A stretch of DNA of 64,000 nucleotides, taken from the IMG/VR virus record IMGVR_UViG_3300027741_000022, positions 1 to 64,000 of that record. One strand, 5' to 3'. Of this stretch, positions 1-9,455 are shown piece by piece. Source of the DNA: a virus. The translations under genes were made by a program, and so were the position numbers. The stretch's first letter is position 1; each line of letters starts with the position of its first letter. The notes beneath the pieces were generated by a model. The model was not told the origin of the DNA. It was given only the letters and a program-made list of their open reading frames with translations, and searched no databases.

Positions 1-207
1 TCAAGGAACAGTTGGAACTACTGGTAGTCAAGGAACAGTTGGAACTACTGGTAGTCAAGGAACAGTTGGAACTACTGGTAGTCAAGGAACAGTTGGAACT
101 ACTGGTAGTCAAGGAACAGTTGGAACTACTGGTAGTCAAGGAACAGTTGGAACTACTGGTAGTCAAGGAACAGTTGGAACTACTGGTAGTCAAGGAACAG
201 TTGGAAC
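1..207 (+). repeat. 27-bp perfect tandem repeat GGTAGTCAAGGAACAGTTGGAACTACT (about 7.5 copies visible), encoding GSQGTVGTT
   Basis: Read directly; no spacers between units. Confidence 0.95.
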
Positions 208-685
208 TGTAGCCGGAAGCGCAAATCAGGTTGTTTACAAAAACTCAAGCAATATTGCATCTGGAGTTTCTGATTTTGTGTTCGACGGAACTAATTTGGG
301 TGTGGGAATAGCTTCACCAACTAGCAAATTACACGTAGTAGGAAATACTAATTTAGCTGGCACTTTAACTTTTAACGATTTTACAGAAAGTGTTGTAGTT
401 ATTGGTAATAGTTCTACCGCTAAAACAATCGCTTTAACAAACGGAACTGTTCAAACTTGTACTCTTACTGGTAATTGTACATTTACTATGCCAACCGCTA
501 CTGCCGGGAAAAGCTTTACCTTATTTATAAATACTGGGTCTGGTTCTTTTACATCAACTTTTACTAGCGTTAAGTGGTCAGGAGGTTTAGCTCCCACAAT
601 CACTGTAACAGCCAGTAAAGTAGACATTTTAAGCTTTGTTAGTGATGGAACTTCATGGTATGGAGCATATAGTCAAAACTATTAA
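2..685 (+). CDS. Collagen-like tail-fibre/virion protein, C-terminal part (5' truncated by window edge)
   Basis: Frame starting at nt 2 reads (QGTVGTTGS)n, a G-X-Y repeat, and stays open into the tracked ORF 278..685 (same frame). C-terminus has typical phage fibre beta-rich segments (GVGIASPTSKLHVVG, ASKVDILSFVSDGTSWYG). Confidence 0.8.
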   Translation, partial: QGTVGTTGSQGTVGTTGSQGTVGTTGSQGTVGTTGSQGTVGTTGSQGTVGTTGSQGTVGTTGSQGTVGTVAGSANQVVYKNSSNIASGVSDFVFDGTNLGVGIASPTSKLHVVGNTNLAGTLTFNDFTESVVVIGNSSTAKTIALTNGTVQTCTLTGNCTFTMPTATAGKSFTLFINTGSGSFTSTFTSVKWSGGLAPTITVTASKVDILSFVSDGTSWYGAYSQNY

Positions 686-690
686 TCTTT

Positions 691-1356
691 ATGTTTAGCT
701 CTAGATTTAATCACTTTAAGAAAATATCTTTAGTGTCATCACCGACACCAACGCCAACATCTAGTGCTATCCCAGTTACTCCAACGACAACACCAACAAA
801 AACACCCACACCAACACCAACACGAGCTGGTTCTTTTACTCCTGTTGCTTTTGTAATAACTTCCGGCACATCCAGAACTGTACCAACTGGAGCCACAAGC
901 ATGAAAGCTTGGGTTATTGGTGGCGGTGGTGGTGGTGCATACGATAGTAGTGGTTGTCAAGGTAACTCAGATGGATTTGATGGTGGAGAATCTGTAAAAA
1001 CTTATACTGTTACGGGCGGTGCTACTGTATCTTATGTTATAGGAGCAGCAGGAGTAAAGTCAGATTTAAATACATCAAATCCAACCAATGGCGGAAATAC
1101 AACATTAACATACGGAGGAGTTACAATTACAGCTACTGGAGGTTCTCAAGGCGTCACTGCTCCACTTCTAGCAGGTAGCGGTTCAGGTGGAGATTTTAAT
1201 AGAACATTTAATGCCGGAGGTGTTCTTGATTTCCAAGGAAGACTTGCTGCTATTACACTTTCCGGAAGTAGTCTTACTGCTGGATTTAAGGGAGTTTCAA
1301 CCTCAACCTCTGCCACGAACGGATCTCCCGGAGGTTTAGTGTTATACTTTACCTAA
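691..1356 (+). CDS. Pro/Thr-linker + glycine-rich virion-associated protein
   Basis: PTPTPT linker followed by TVPTGATSMKAWVIGGGGGGA, a Gly-rich domain typical of phage tail/fibre accessory proteins. Confidence 0.6.
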   Translation: MFSSRFNHFKKISLVSSPTPTPTSSAIPVTPTTTPTKTPTPTPTRAGSFTPVAFVITSGTSRTVPTGATSMKAWVIGGGGGGAYDSSGCQGNSDGFDGGESVKTYTVTGGATVSYVIGAAGVKSDLNTSNPTNGGNTTLTYGGVTITATGGSQGVTAPLLAGSGSGGDFNRTFNAGGVLDFQGRLAAITLSGSSLTAGFKGVSTSTSATNGSPGGLVLYFT

Positions 1357-2465
1357 TTGGGCAGACAGATATAATCTGGAACACTGGTAAAATTATAAAT
1401 CTTAACTTCTCTAAAAACATCTTGTAAGATTTGATCATCATATAATTCTACCCCAGCTTGTAGCCATGATCGTGTCATAGCAGAATTATTCTGTTCATTA
1501 GATGTGGTCCATTCAGTTGGATTAAGATAATAATAGGCTAAATATTTCATAGCTTTCTTAATACTTCCCTTTCCAGTTTCGTCTTCATAATTCCAAACAT
1601 TAATCCCTAAAGAGTTGGCTATAGTAGCTAAATTTACAAGTAGAGTTAAATTAAAATTACTATAGTGTCTATTTTTTACTCTGTCCATCTCTAATACCTG
1701 CTTACCGTCATTATCTATTTGAGCACTTAATAAAGCTGTTAAATTATTCTCTAAATAAGTTTTCGCCTCAACTTCTTTTCCACAAGCACAAAGATAAGAA
1801 CACAATTGTTTCATGTATGATGTTTTAATGTTGTGACTATAACCAGACTGAAGAACTCCTCTGGGGCTGGTTTTGAACCAATCGCTCAATGAGTCAAACC
1901 ATGAAATCATGCTATTTTCTAATTCTGTTGTCCAATTTACACTTGGTTTCAATAACTCTATTAAATCTGGAAATATAGATAAATTATTGGTATCAATAAT
2001 TGCTCCTCTAATACGCAAATCATCCATACTATTGCCAATGACTATACCGCTATAGGTCAAATCTGGATTCATTCTAGTATTTTCGTCTATAAAAAAAGTA
2101 TTAATAGATGCTATGGCTTTTAGTGCGTAATCTTCATTCTTAGTAAAATAATACAAAAGACATAAAGGGTATAATAAGGAAAACATAGGTCCCAAATACT
2201 TATTATCTGAACTATTACGAGACTCAGTATTTCTTATTCCGTCTATTCTTATGTATGGAAATCCTGTTGACGAATTTGGGTCTGGATGATAATATGGGGC
2301 TAAACTGGTGAAATTATTAATTCCAGTCTTATGTTTTATTTCTGAAGTATTTTGTGTGATACTTGGTAGTTCTAAAGCTAGAATATTTCCACATTGTTGC
2401 TGATAATTAGCAACTTCTTCAAGAGTTAGCTGATCCATTCTTTGTTTATTAAAAATTAATAGCAT
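1353..2465 (-). CDS. Alginate-lyase-family (PF05426-like) protein, paralog 1
   Basis: Motifs APYYHPDP..GFPYIRIDG, TRMNPDLTY, QIDNDGKQVLEMDR..RHYSNFNL match the family pattern; the canonical NNH is replaced by HNI. Confidence 0.75.
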   Translation of the reverse strand: MLLIFNKQRMDQLTLEEVANYQQQCGNILALELPSITQNTSEIKHKTGINNFTSLAPYYHPDPNSSTGFPYIRIDGIRNTESRNSSDNKYLGPMFSLLYPLCLLYYFTKNEDYALKAIASINTFFIDENTRMNPDLTYSGIVIGNSMDDLRIRGAIIDTNNLSIFPDLIELLKPSVNWTTELENSMISWFDSLSDWFKTSPRGVLQSGYSHNIKTSYMKQLCSYLCACGKEVEAKTYLENNLTALLSAQIDNDGKQVLEMDRVKNRHYSNFNLTLLVNLATIANSLGINVWNYEDETGKGSIKKAMKYLAYYYLNPTEWTTSNEQNNSAMTRSWLQAGVELYDDQILQDVFREVKIYNFTSVPDYICLPN

Positions 2466-2485
2466 GATTTTCCTTATATGATTAT

Positions 2486-2499
2486 AACTATATATAGTT
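2486..2499. promoter_or_regulatory. 14-bp palindrome AACTATATATAGTT between divergent genes (candidate bidirectional late promoter)
   Basis: Perfect palindrome in the intergenic gap; analogous palindromes at 18589 and 34850. Confidence 0.45.
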
Positions 2500-2536
2500 T
2501 AAGGTTCTAAGCTTAATTACATAGATAATATACATA

Positions 2537-3481
2537 ATGGGAATATTTATAAATAATAAAAACTCAAAAAGACTTCTCAGAAGATCTGGTGGTAAAAATT
2601 ATATAAAATATAGTGCAGGTAGTGCAACGCCTACACCAACGAATACACCCACTCCCACCCCATCCTCGGCTCCTTCAAGCTTCATAACTCTAGGATATAC
2701 AGCAGGATCCTGGAGTGGAACCGGAACAGCAGCATCAAAATATACAACCAGCAGTGTTTTTTCGCCTCGTCCTTCTGGCGGAGCATCAGAATTGTTGCCA
2801 TTCTCTTTTACAGCAACTTCTAATTGTGAATTCTACCTGAAATGGAGCCACTCTGGTACTAGCGACGATAATTATAGAGCACAAACAACACAAATATTGA
2901 TAAATGGAAGTCCCGTAGATACTGATCCATTGAGTTTTGGGGTTAACGGCGTTGCAACTGACATCCAAGGATTCATTTCCAATTCAGTAGAGTATCCAAT
3001 CTGGTTGACAGCAGGAGATGTCGTTACTGTAAGAGTTTATAGAACCTTGATAGACCATGGCCCCATTGACACATACACCAGCGTGTCGGCATACGCCGTG
3101 GCCAGAACAACATCACCTATCACTCTAGTACAAAATGTTCGGGGAGATCCATCGTGGACTGGATTGGGGAATGTAGATTCTAAGTACTCTATGTCTGGAT
3201 CTTTTATTACATCTTATTTTAGTGCAACTTTACCCAATAAAAAAGCTACTTTTGCAGTCAAAAAAACTGGGACATTTTATGCCACAGCAACAGTTAGCAA
3301 CTATCCAGACGACAATAGTGATGCCTTAGACATTTATAAAAATGGAGTATACTCTGGTCAAACTTTTCCTGAAGGAACAACAGCAGGAACAAGGTCAGTA
3401 TCTGTGTCGATTGGGGATATTATTGAGTTAAGTGGATATGGAAATGCCACGGTATCAAATCTATCAGCATGGGTAGTATAA
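2537..3481 (+). CDS. Pro/Thr-linker beta-rich putative virion protein
   Basis: Long ORF; PTPTNTPTPTP linker then two similar Ser/Thr/Gly-rich beta segments (GSWSGTGTAASKY / PSWTGLGNVDSKY). Confidence 0.5.
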   Translation: MGIFINNKNSKRLLRRSGGKNYIKYSAGSATPTPTNTPTPTPSSAPSSFITLGYTAGSWSGTGTAASKYTTSSVFSPRPSGGASELLPFSFTATSNCEFYLKWSHSGTSDDNYRAQTTQILINGSPVDTDPLSFGVNGVATDIQGFISNSVEYPIWLTAGDVVTVRVYRTLIDHGPIDTYTSVSAYAVARTTSPITLVQNVRGDPSWTGLGNVDSKYSMSGSFITSYFSATLPNKKATFAVKKTGTFYATATVSNYPDDNSDALDIYKNGVYSGQTFPEGTTAGTRSVSVSIGDIIELSGYGNATVSNLSAWVV

Positions 3482-3483
3482 TT

Positions 3484-3984
3484 ATGAATATCAAAATATG
3501 TAATGTAAATCTACCAAATATAAATTATGAATGGATTGAAAAACATTCTACTACTCCTCCATTTCCAGAAATAAATATTGATGATTTTTTGTTGACCAAG
3601 CCACCACAAACTGAAGTTTTTAGGGGTAGAGGTTGTAATACTAATTTCTTTCTTGGTAAAAAAGCTTATGAAACAACAACTAGGAAAATAAGTGGTCGAA
3701 TGATTTATCCTCCAAATGGATATATGAATTGGCACACTAATGGAGATTGCCCCGGCACTAGAATGTATGCTTCTTGGAGTGAAACAGGAGATAGCGGTAT
3801 GATGTTTTTGGATAAAGATGGAATTCCTTATATAGATCAAGATATTCAAGGCTGGAACATTAGAACATTTGACTGTCCAACTTGGCACAACGTGTGGTCA
3901 AGATGCTGGAGAGTTAGTATAGGATGGAATTTAAAGGAGGCCCCAGATGCGATGGAAAATTTGGTATTCCCTACCGAACAATAA
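3484..3984 (+). CDS. Cupin/2OG-Fe(II)-oxygenase-like protein
   Basis: YPPNGYMNWHTN ... WHNVW...RVSIG resembles the HxD/N...H...RxS double-stranded beta-helix layout. Confidence 0.5.
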   Translation: MNIKICNVNLPNINYEWIEKHSTTPPFPEINIDDFLLTKPPQTEVFRGRGCNTNFFLGKKAYETTTRKISGRMIYPPNGYMNWHTNGDCPGTRMYASWSETGDSGMMFLDKDGIPYIDQDIQGWNIRTFDCPTWHNVWSRCWRVSIGWNLKEAPDAMENLVFPTEQ

Positions 3985-4537
3985 AAATTTTTGTTTTACC
4001 AGCAGATCATGCACCTCATCAATAGGGCTGATGGCAGTCAAACAGTTCTATCCAGAACGAATACCGGATCATCCAGTAATAGATGGACAAGGACACCGAC
4101 TAAATGATTATGTAGTGGGAGAAGACCTTCCTGATGGTTGTGCCGTAATGATAAGAAACCCAGTTGAAAGATTTATATCATTATTATGGAGAATGAATAT
4201 CTCTCCCGAAAAAGCTTTTTGTTGGCTATATTGGTTTCATGGTCTGGGAAACAAACCAGAACATATAGACCGACACGATTTAGAATATTGTGGAGGCACT
4301 TCATGGTATCATTTAACTCCAGTAACTCATCTAATAAATGAAAAAAGTAAACTATTTTTATTTCCAGATGTTGCTGGTATGGCTAATTATTTAGAAATTA
4401 AAACTCCAATAGAAAAAATTAATTCTAGTATAACAACAGAAAAAATAACTTTAACACCAGAGCAAGAAGATAAAGTTAGACAAATTTATTGTGATGATAT
4501 GATCTTGCTTCAGGAACTAGAAAACAGGGGGTATTAA
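3947..4537 (+). CDS. Sulfotransferase-like protein (Sulfotransfer_2 type)
   Basis: IRNPVERFISL matches the 3'-PAPS-binding RNP.R..S motif; the N-terminal loop (FTSRSCTSS) is divergent; AAAGGAGG RBS upstream. Confidence 0.55.
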   Translation: MRWKIWYSLPNNKNFCFTSRSCTSSIGLMAVKQFYPERIPDHPVIDGQGHRLNDYVVGEDLPDGCAVMIRNPVERFISLLWRMNISPEKAFCWLYWFHGLGNKPEHIDRHDLEYCGGTSWYHLTPVTHLINEKSKLFLFPDVAGMANYLEIKTPIEKINSSITTEKITLTPEQEDKVRQIYCDDMILLQELENRGY

Positions 4538-4664
4538 TTATTTAGATGTGTGTCTAATTTCTTTAAATAGGGTCATATACTTCATCCACATAACAATGAA
4601 GGGAGTTTTTGTCTGTGTTGTACACTGAGCAAATTTGTTTTAAATTTAATTTATTTTCATTCAT
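4538..4664 (-). pseudogene. 5' remnant of a probable SAM-dependent methyltransferase gene
   Basis: Manual translation MNENKLNLKQICSVYNTDKNSLHCYVDEVYDPI*, and after a 1-nt shift LFKEIRHTSK*, resembling the Y.TDK..HSY..YE.LF..IR N-terminus of phage methyltransferases. Confidence 0.35.
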
Positions 4665-4694
4665 ACTAATATTATATCAAATTTTATGTAATTT

Positions 4695-5903
4695 TCAAGG
4701 AACGGGAGCACTCGACTCACTCCACCCGGAACTATTTATATCTGATGAAAGTTGATTATAGCCTGATGTATTTTGTTTTGTTGTCATATTTTGAATAAAA
4801 CTCGGGGCTGATCCTGTCCATTTAACAAACGTCAAAGATCCATCTGCACTTTTTCTAAGTGTTGTTTCATCTGTTTCAAGAATATAATTAAAATCTATTT
4901 TGTTTATTTCACTTGAATTAAATGCAACAAAGCTTCGATTGGCATAAAGATCTTCGACACATGAAGTTTGACAAGCCGAGCAGTCTGCCGCATTTGCACA
5001 CCCGTTCGCAGATTGATCATATTCGTTGACGTATTGCTTTGAAGGACAAGAACAATTGCCATAACAATCACTGCTTGATAATTGCCATTCATGCAAACTG
5101 TAATTGTAATTATAATTACAATGTCCGCAGTCCGCTAAAGCAGTAAAACCAGTGTTTATTGTTTTTCCCACAGATGCATTGTAATTCTGTAGCACTTCGG
5201 CAGCATTAAGCCCTCTATTATATTGTCTGAATATCATAACCTTTTGCCTAGATGGCTCTAGTGCCGTAGAACTGTTTGCAGATATTCTCAAATTATAATT
5301 ACTTCCGAAATTTACACTATTATTAGCTGTAGCCTGCAGAACACCATTTCTATAAAATTTCATCACCCCAGATGTTCGGGTATACACCAATTGTGTCCAT
5401 GCATTTTTTATTGGTGTTGAATAAAAGAGTTCTGCACTGCTTCCACCTGTTGGCATATATTGCCAAAAAAGACTGCCTGGGAGATAGTGAGTCAACCCGT
5501 TAAAAGCTCCTGTTTTAAAAGTATACAATCCTTTGGAAAAAACTTTGCTCCAAAGATTGCCTCCTGTTTGTAGATAAACCCAAATTTCGTAGGTAAAATT
5601 AGAACTCAAGCAACTATTGATTGTACTGTTATTTGTTATTTCTGCATATTCATCAATTCCATCAAAAACAAAAAACTTTCCATCATGTATAACACCATTG
5701 TAAAGTTTTGCGTTATTGTTATATCCGCTTAAGTCATACCAAGTAATGCTTGCCGAAGCACTTGCGACGTATTGAGTTGAATCTAAATGTACTATTAGTC
5801 CATTTATAACTATATCTTGATTATATAAAATTTTAATAGTACCGGATCCATCCCTGTATATGTAATTTTTCCCATCATTTTTATGTTGTATATTATATGT
5901 CAT
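4695..5903 (-). CDS. LamG/concanavalin-A-like domain virion protein with Cys-rich linker and C-terminal phage domain
   Basis: GLIVHLD...WYDLSGYNNNAKLYNG...FVFDGIDEY and YNRGLNAAEVLQNYNA are typical of T4-like LamG proteins. Confidence 0.75.
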   Translation of the reverse strand: MTYNIQHKNDGKNYIYRDGSGTIKILYNQDIVINGLIVHLDSTQYVASASASITWYDLSGYNNNAKLYNGVIHDGKFFVFDGIDEYAEITNNSTINSCLSSNFTYEIWVYLQTGGNLWSKVFSKGLYTFKTGAFNGLTHYLPGSLFWQYMPTGGSSAELFYSTPIKNAWTQLVYTRTSGVMKFYRNGVLQATANNSVNFGSNYNLRISANSSTALEPSRQKVMIFRQYNRGLNAAEVLQNYNASVGKTINTGFTALADCGHCNYNYNYSLHEWQLSSSDCYGNCSCPSKQYVNEYDQSANGCANAADCSACQTSCVEDLYANRSFVAFNSSEINKIDFNYILETDETTLRKSADGSLTFVKWTGSAPSFIQNMTTKQNTSGYNQLSSDINSSGWSESSAPVP

Positions 5904-5910
5904 ATTTTAT

Positions 5911-8466
5911 TTATTGATTTTGGTAGATAAAACACAGCTCAGAAGTTGAAAAGTTTGTTAAACATTCATCGACTGCTCTTTTCACACCAGGAAAATAATC
6001 ATGTTCTCCAACATAGTAATCATGACCTGCCAATATTCCATTTTTCTTTATTTTTGGCAACCAAGTTTGAATGTCTTTTTTTACATCTTCATATTCGTGT
6101 GAAGCATCTATAAAAACAAAATCTAATGAATTATCTTCAAATTGATTCGAAGCTTCAATCGAATTATTTCTTATTTTTTTATAATACTTATCTAAAGGCT
6201 TCATATTCTCAGTAAAAATATCATACAAAGAGTCTATTTCTTTTGAATCTTTGTGCTCAAAGCTTCCTTGCCATGTGTCTATGCAATAAAATTCTATATT
6301 CTTGTCAGAATTTGCAATTTCCACAGCCATAAAAGCAGAAGATTTCCCTTTCCACGATCCAATTTCAACAAATTTACTCCCAGATGGAAATCTACAAACC
6401 ATATCTCTGTATAAGCTTGGATATGTAAACCAATCTTCTCCGAATTGAGTAGATTGATAAATATGAGGTATTTTTTTAATTATATTTTTAAGACCAACAT
6501 ATTGTCCTTTATTTTTCCACCAATTTATTATCCAGTAATATGATTCCCAGTGGTATTCTCCTTGACCATTTATTTCTGTGGCGTCTTTCCCAAAATATGT
6601 GGATTTTACATTTTTAACGTCTTCGACAAATATAGGAATATTATAAACTTTACCAATACCAGCAAAAAGTATGTTTTCTACTATTGGAATTAGATTTGTT
6701 TCATATATGTCTAAATGAAAACTATTTTCATCGATATAGTACCTGTCTATTATTTCCTTAGCGTATTCTCTTTTTATGACATAAGCGGCAGCGCCCCAAT
6801 CATCCCACTCTCTTTCTCTTAATTCTATATTTTTATTATCAGGTCGAATCCAAGTTAGTTGAACACATTCCCAATCACACGGAAGATTATTAAAAAATTC
6901 TTCCCAAGTAAAATCCCAATAATTTACAGGATCCAGAGACAGATCATCTTCGCAAAAAAATGCATACGCTTCATTTGTTGAATCATACCATTTTTTGATT
7001 GCTTTTATGTGAGATGTTGTAGGTCCTTTACTATTTTCATGCAAACTATCGACAAATCTACCTGTCAAAATATGATCATATTCGTGATATCTTTTAAATA
7101 TATGGGGAGTTAAATTTTTAATTTCGTATGAAGAGAACTGATTTATGAGATTTTCTCTTCTTTCAACTGATTCTTCAATTCCAATAAAATTAACTTTTGG
7201 AAAATTTGCAAGTTTATTTACTTTTTTTTTAAGCATCAAATCTTCCACTAAATTTATGTCGGATGTAGGGTACGATGATAGTTCTTCGAATATAGATTCG
7301 TCAATTAAATCTTTATGAATCCACCAATCTTCGAAGTTTGAACCTTCATTTGGCGCAATATCATTGAAAATAAGTGTATAACCAAGATTCCTCAAATAAC
7401 GCCTAGATTTCTCTCTATATTCTCCTGTTATATCAACATAATGATCATGCTCATAAGTGATTGCTCTAAACTTATATTTATTAAAAGGAATTAATAGCAA
7501 CGCTTCGAATGTGTTCTTAGAAGGCTCTATATCCAACTGCAGATAATCGATAATATTTGAAGAAAAATTTTCATCAAGCATCTTTTCATAATCTAATTTT
7601 AGAGCATTTGCATTTATACATTTGTTTTTTCTTTCTGCTTTGTGCATATCCGCAAGCTCTTGTTTGAATTCTATGCCAACTCCTGTCCAATCAAAATCTC
7701 TTTCCAATAGAGCAGTATTACTATTATGGAATGAATGTGCCGAGCCTACCTCAAGGTAAGTTCCATTTCTTTTTCCATTTAAAGCAGCCAATACAAATAA
7801 ATCTTGGCAAGCTTGAGAAAAATTCTTTTCTATTTTATCACATCCTTCAAATCTAAATCTTAAATCATATTTTGATTTATCATATTTTACTTCACTTTCA
7901 CTTACTGATCCGGAGCCTAAAGTAGATAGGTTATTTTGTACCAAGTGGTAATAATTATCGTTAAGTTTGCTGCCATATTCATCTTTTAATTTTCTGAAAA
8001 GAATCCTGGATTCTTTAGGCTTCCCGTACCACCAAGAGCAAACAGCCTTTTGAAAAATTAACATATATTTTGACTGATATTCAAAAGATGTGTTAAATTT
8101 TGATGGCTCACAATCTGATAAATCCAAACCAAGAGATGCATACAGATAACCATCCATCCAATTTTGTTTTCTTTCGTAGAATTGACTTAGAAAAAAATAC
8201 GCCTCAGGATTCTTCGGCTTTATTTTTAATCCACTTTTTAATAGGTTTTCACATGTGTAATCCCTGTTAGATAAAGAGTAGTAGCATAAATATAGTCTTA
8301 ATAAGCATTCATAAGCTAAATTTTCATCCTTGGTTAGTTCGGCGCATCGCAGATAGTAGCTGCAGGCAGGAGATAGATGTTTTTGACTTTCATACCAATA
8401 TGCCAAATTAAAATTAGCGATATCGTTTTCTGGTTCTTTTATATAATCTGTAAGTTCTTTATTCAT
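5911..8466 (-). CDS. Four-domain fusion: TPR-like + FkbM-like methyltransferase + GT25-like glycosyltransferase + Methyltransf_24-like methyltransferase
   Basis: NFSQACQDLFV..GTYLEVGS..DYLQLDIEP (FkbM-like); SVERRE..SHIKAI..FCEDD (GT25-like); FVEIGSWKGKSS..DFVFIDASHEYEDVKKD..GILAGHDY (MT24-like); helical N-terminus. Confidence 0.75.
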   Translation of the reverse strand: MNKELTDYIKEPENDIANFNLAYWYESQKHLSPACSYYLRCAELTKDENLAYECLLRLYLCYYSLSNRDYTCENLLKSGLKIKPKNPEAYFFLSQFYERKQNWMDGYLYASLGLDLSDCEPSKFNTSFEYQSKYMLIFQKAVCSWWYGKPKESRILFRKLKDEYGSKLNDNYYHLVQNNLSTLGSGSVSESEVKYDKSKYDLRFRFEGCDKIEKNFSQACQDLFVLAALNGKRNGTYLEVGSAHSFHNSNTALLERDFDWTGVGIEFKQELADMHKAERKNKCINANALKLDYEKMLDENFSSNIIDYLQLDIEPSKNTFEALLLIPFNKYKFRAITYEHDHYVDITGEYREKSRRYLRNLGYTLIFNDIAPNEGSNFEDWWIHKDLIDESIFEELSSYPTSDINLVEDLMLKKKVNKLANFPKVNFIGIEESVERRENLINQFSSYEIKNLTPHIFKRYHEYDHILTGRFVDSLHENSKGPTTSHIKAIKKWYDSTNEAYAFFCEDDLSLDPVNYWDFTWEEFFNNLPCDWECVQLTWIRPDNKNIELREREWDDWGAAAYVIKREYAKEIIDRYYIDENSFHLDIYETNLIPIVENILFAGIGKVYNIPIFVEDVKNVKSTYFGKDATEINGQGEYHWESYYWIINWWKNKGQYVGLKNIIKKIPHIYQSTQFGEDWFTYPSLYRDMVCRFPSGSKFVEIGSWKGKSSAFMAVEIANSDKNIEFYCIDTWQGSFEHKDSKEIDSLYDIFTENMKPLDKYYKKIRNNSIEASNQFEDNSLDFVFIDASHEYEDVKKDIQTWLPKIKKNGILAGHDYYVGEHDYFPGVKRAVDECLTNFSTSELCFIYQNQ

Positions 8467-9439
8467 AAGTTTTGAGAATACTTCCTAAAAAGTTTTTGGG
8501 CATTCCTAAAATATATGCCGCATTATCTTGAAATCCGAAAGTTATTAGCAATTTGTCTTGATAATCTGCCATTCCACAACAGAATTCTATTTTGGCTCCC
8601 ATGAATGAAAAAGAATTTGAGACCTCAACAATTTCAAAGTCTTTGTTCCAAACTACAAATCTATGTGTGTATATCGCATTTTTCCTACCAGCTTCTGATT
8701 TATACAATTTTACTTCATGAACTAAAGCCAAATAATGATCATTTAAAAAAATAACCTGTGAACCGCCTCTTAAGTCACTGGTATTTAATTTCTTTTCTTC
8801 TTTTGATATTATTGTTTTACATGTTTTGTTTTCTGGATTAACTTCAACGACTTCTGTTGAATTTGTCCATTTTACATATGTGTATCGCCTGTTTAATACA
8901 GGCATCCAATTTTTTTCACAATAACTACTATCCGCACCGGGAGCGGGTATTCTTAATCTACTTTTTTCAATAACTTTATCTTTCTTGTAAACAATTTCGG
9001 ACAATTCCATTCTTCCAACACCGTTCACAGTCGTGTCTCTTCTTACTCCGCTTAAAAATAATTTGTCATCCCACTCTACCAATCTTCCATCTTCTAATCC
9101 CACGAATTCCCACATAGGATTTTCATCTAAAAATGTTGTATCTATAATTCTGCTGTGTTTTATATCAAAATTTTCATCTAATTTACATAATATATTATTG
9201 GTTACTAATCTTTGGTCATTTTCCTGATGCAAATAACATAGTGGACCCCAACTATGTTCAAAAATACCACTCTCACTGTGATATAGAACGTAGTTTAGAT
9301 TCCTAAGATTAACTAATATCTCCCCAATTTTATTTATGTATATTGTTGGGTTGCTCAATGATGGTCCTATCATTGAGTCTGTTGTTACAAGCAGAGGTTT
9401 TATAAAACCTCCATTTTCTAAACATCTTTTAACTAACAT
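8459..9439 (-). CDS. Predicted five-bladed beta-propeller glycosidase-like protein
   Basis: GLEDGRL, EKNWMP, LRGGS, YTHRF, IEFCCG motifs typical of GH130/GH43-like propellers found beside viral glycosyltransferases. Confidence 0.6.
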   Translation of the reverse strand: MLVKRCLENGGFIKPLLVTTDSMIGPSLSNPTIYINKIGEILVNLRNLNYVLYHSESGIFEHSWGPLCYLHQENDQRLVTNNILCKLDENFDIKHSRIIDTTFLDENPMWEFVGLEDGRLVEWDDKLFLSGVRRDTTVNGVGRMELSEIVYKKDKVIEKSRLRIPAPGADSSYCEKNWMPVLNRRYTYVKWTNSTEVVEVNPENKTCKTIISKEEKKLNTSDLRGGSQVIFLNDHYLALVHEVKLYKSEAGRKNAIYTHRFVVWNKDFEIVEVSNSFSFMGAKIEFCCGMADYQDKLLITFGFQDNAAYILGMPKNFLGSILKTYE

Positions 9440-9445
9440 ATGAAC

Positions 9446-9455
9446 TAATATAGTT
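9446..9455 (-). promoter_or_regulatory. AACTATATTA motif 6 nt upstream of ATG
   Basis: Identical 10-mer also lies 4 nt upstream of the portal ATG (13784..13793). Confidence 0.4.

Noticed and set aside
1-207. Possible CRISPR array
   Set aside because: Units are directly tandem with no spacers and encode protein.
12-212. Tracked ORF (ELLVVKEQL)n
   Set aside because: Wrong-frame reading of the 27-bp repeat; the frame from nt 2 gives G-X-Y collagen and joins ORF 278..685.
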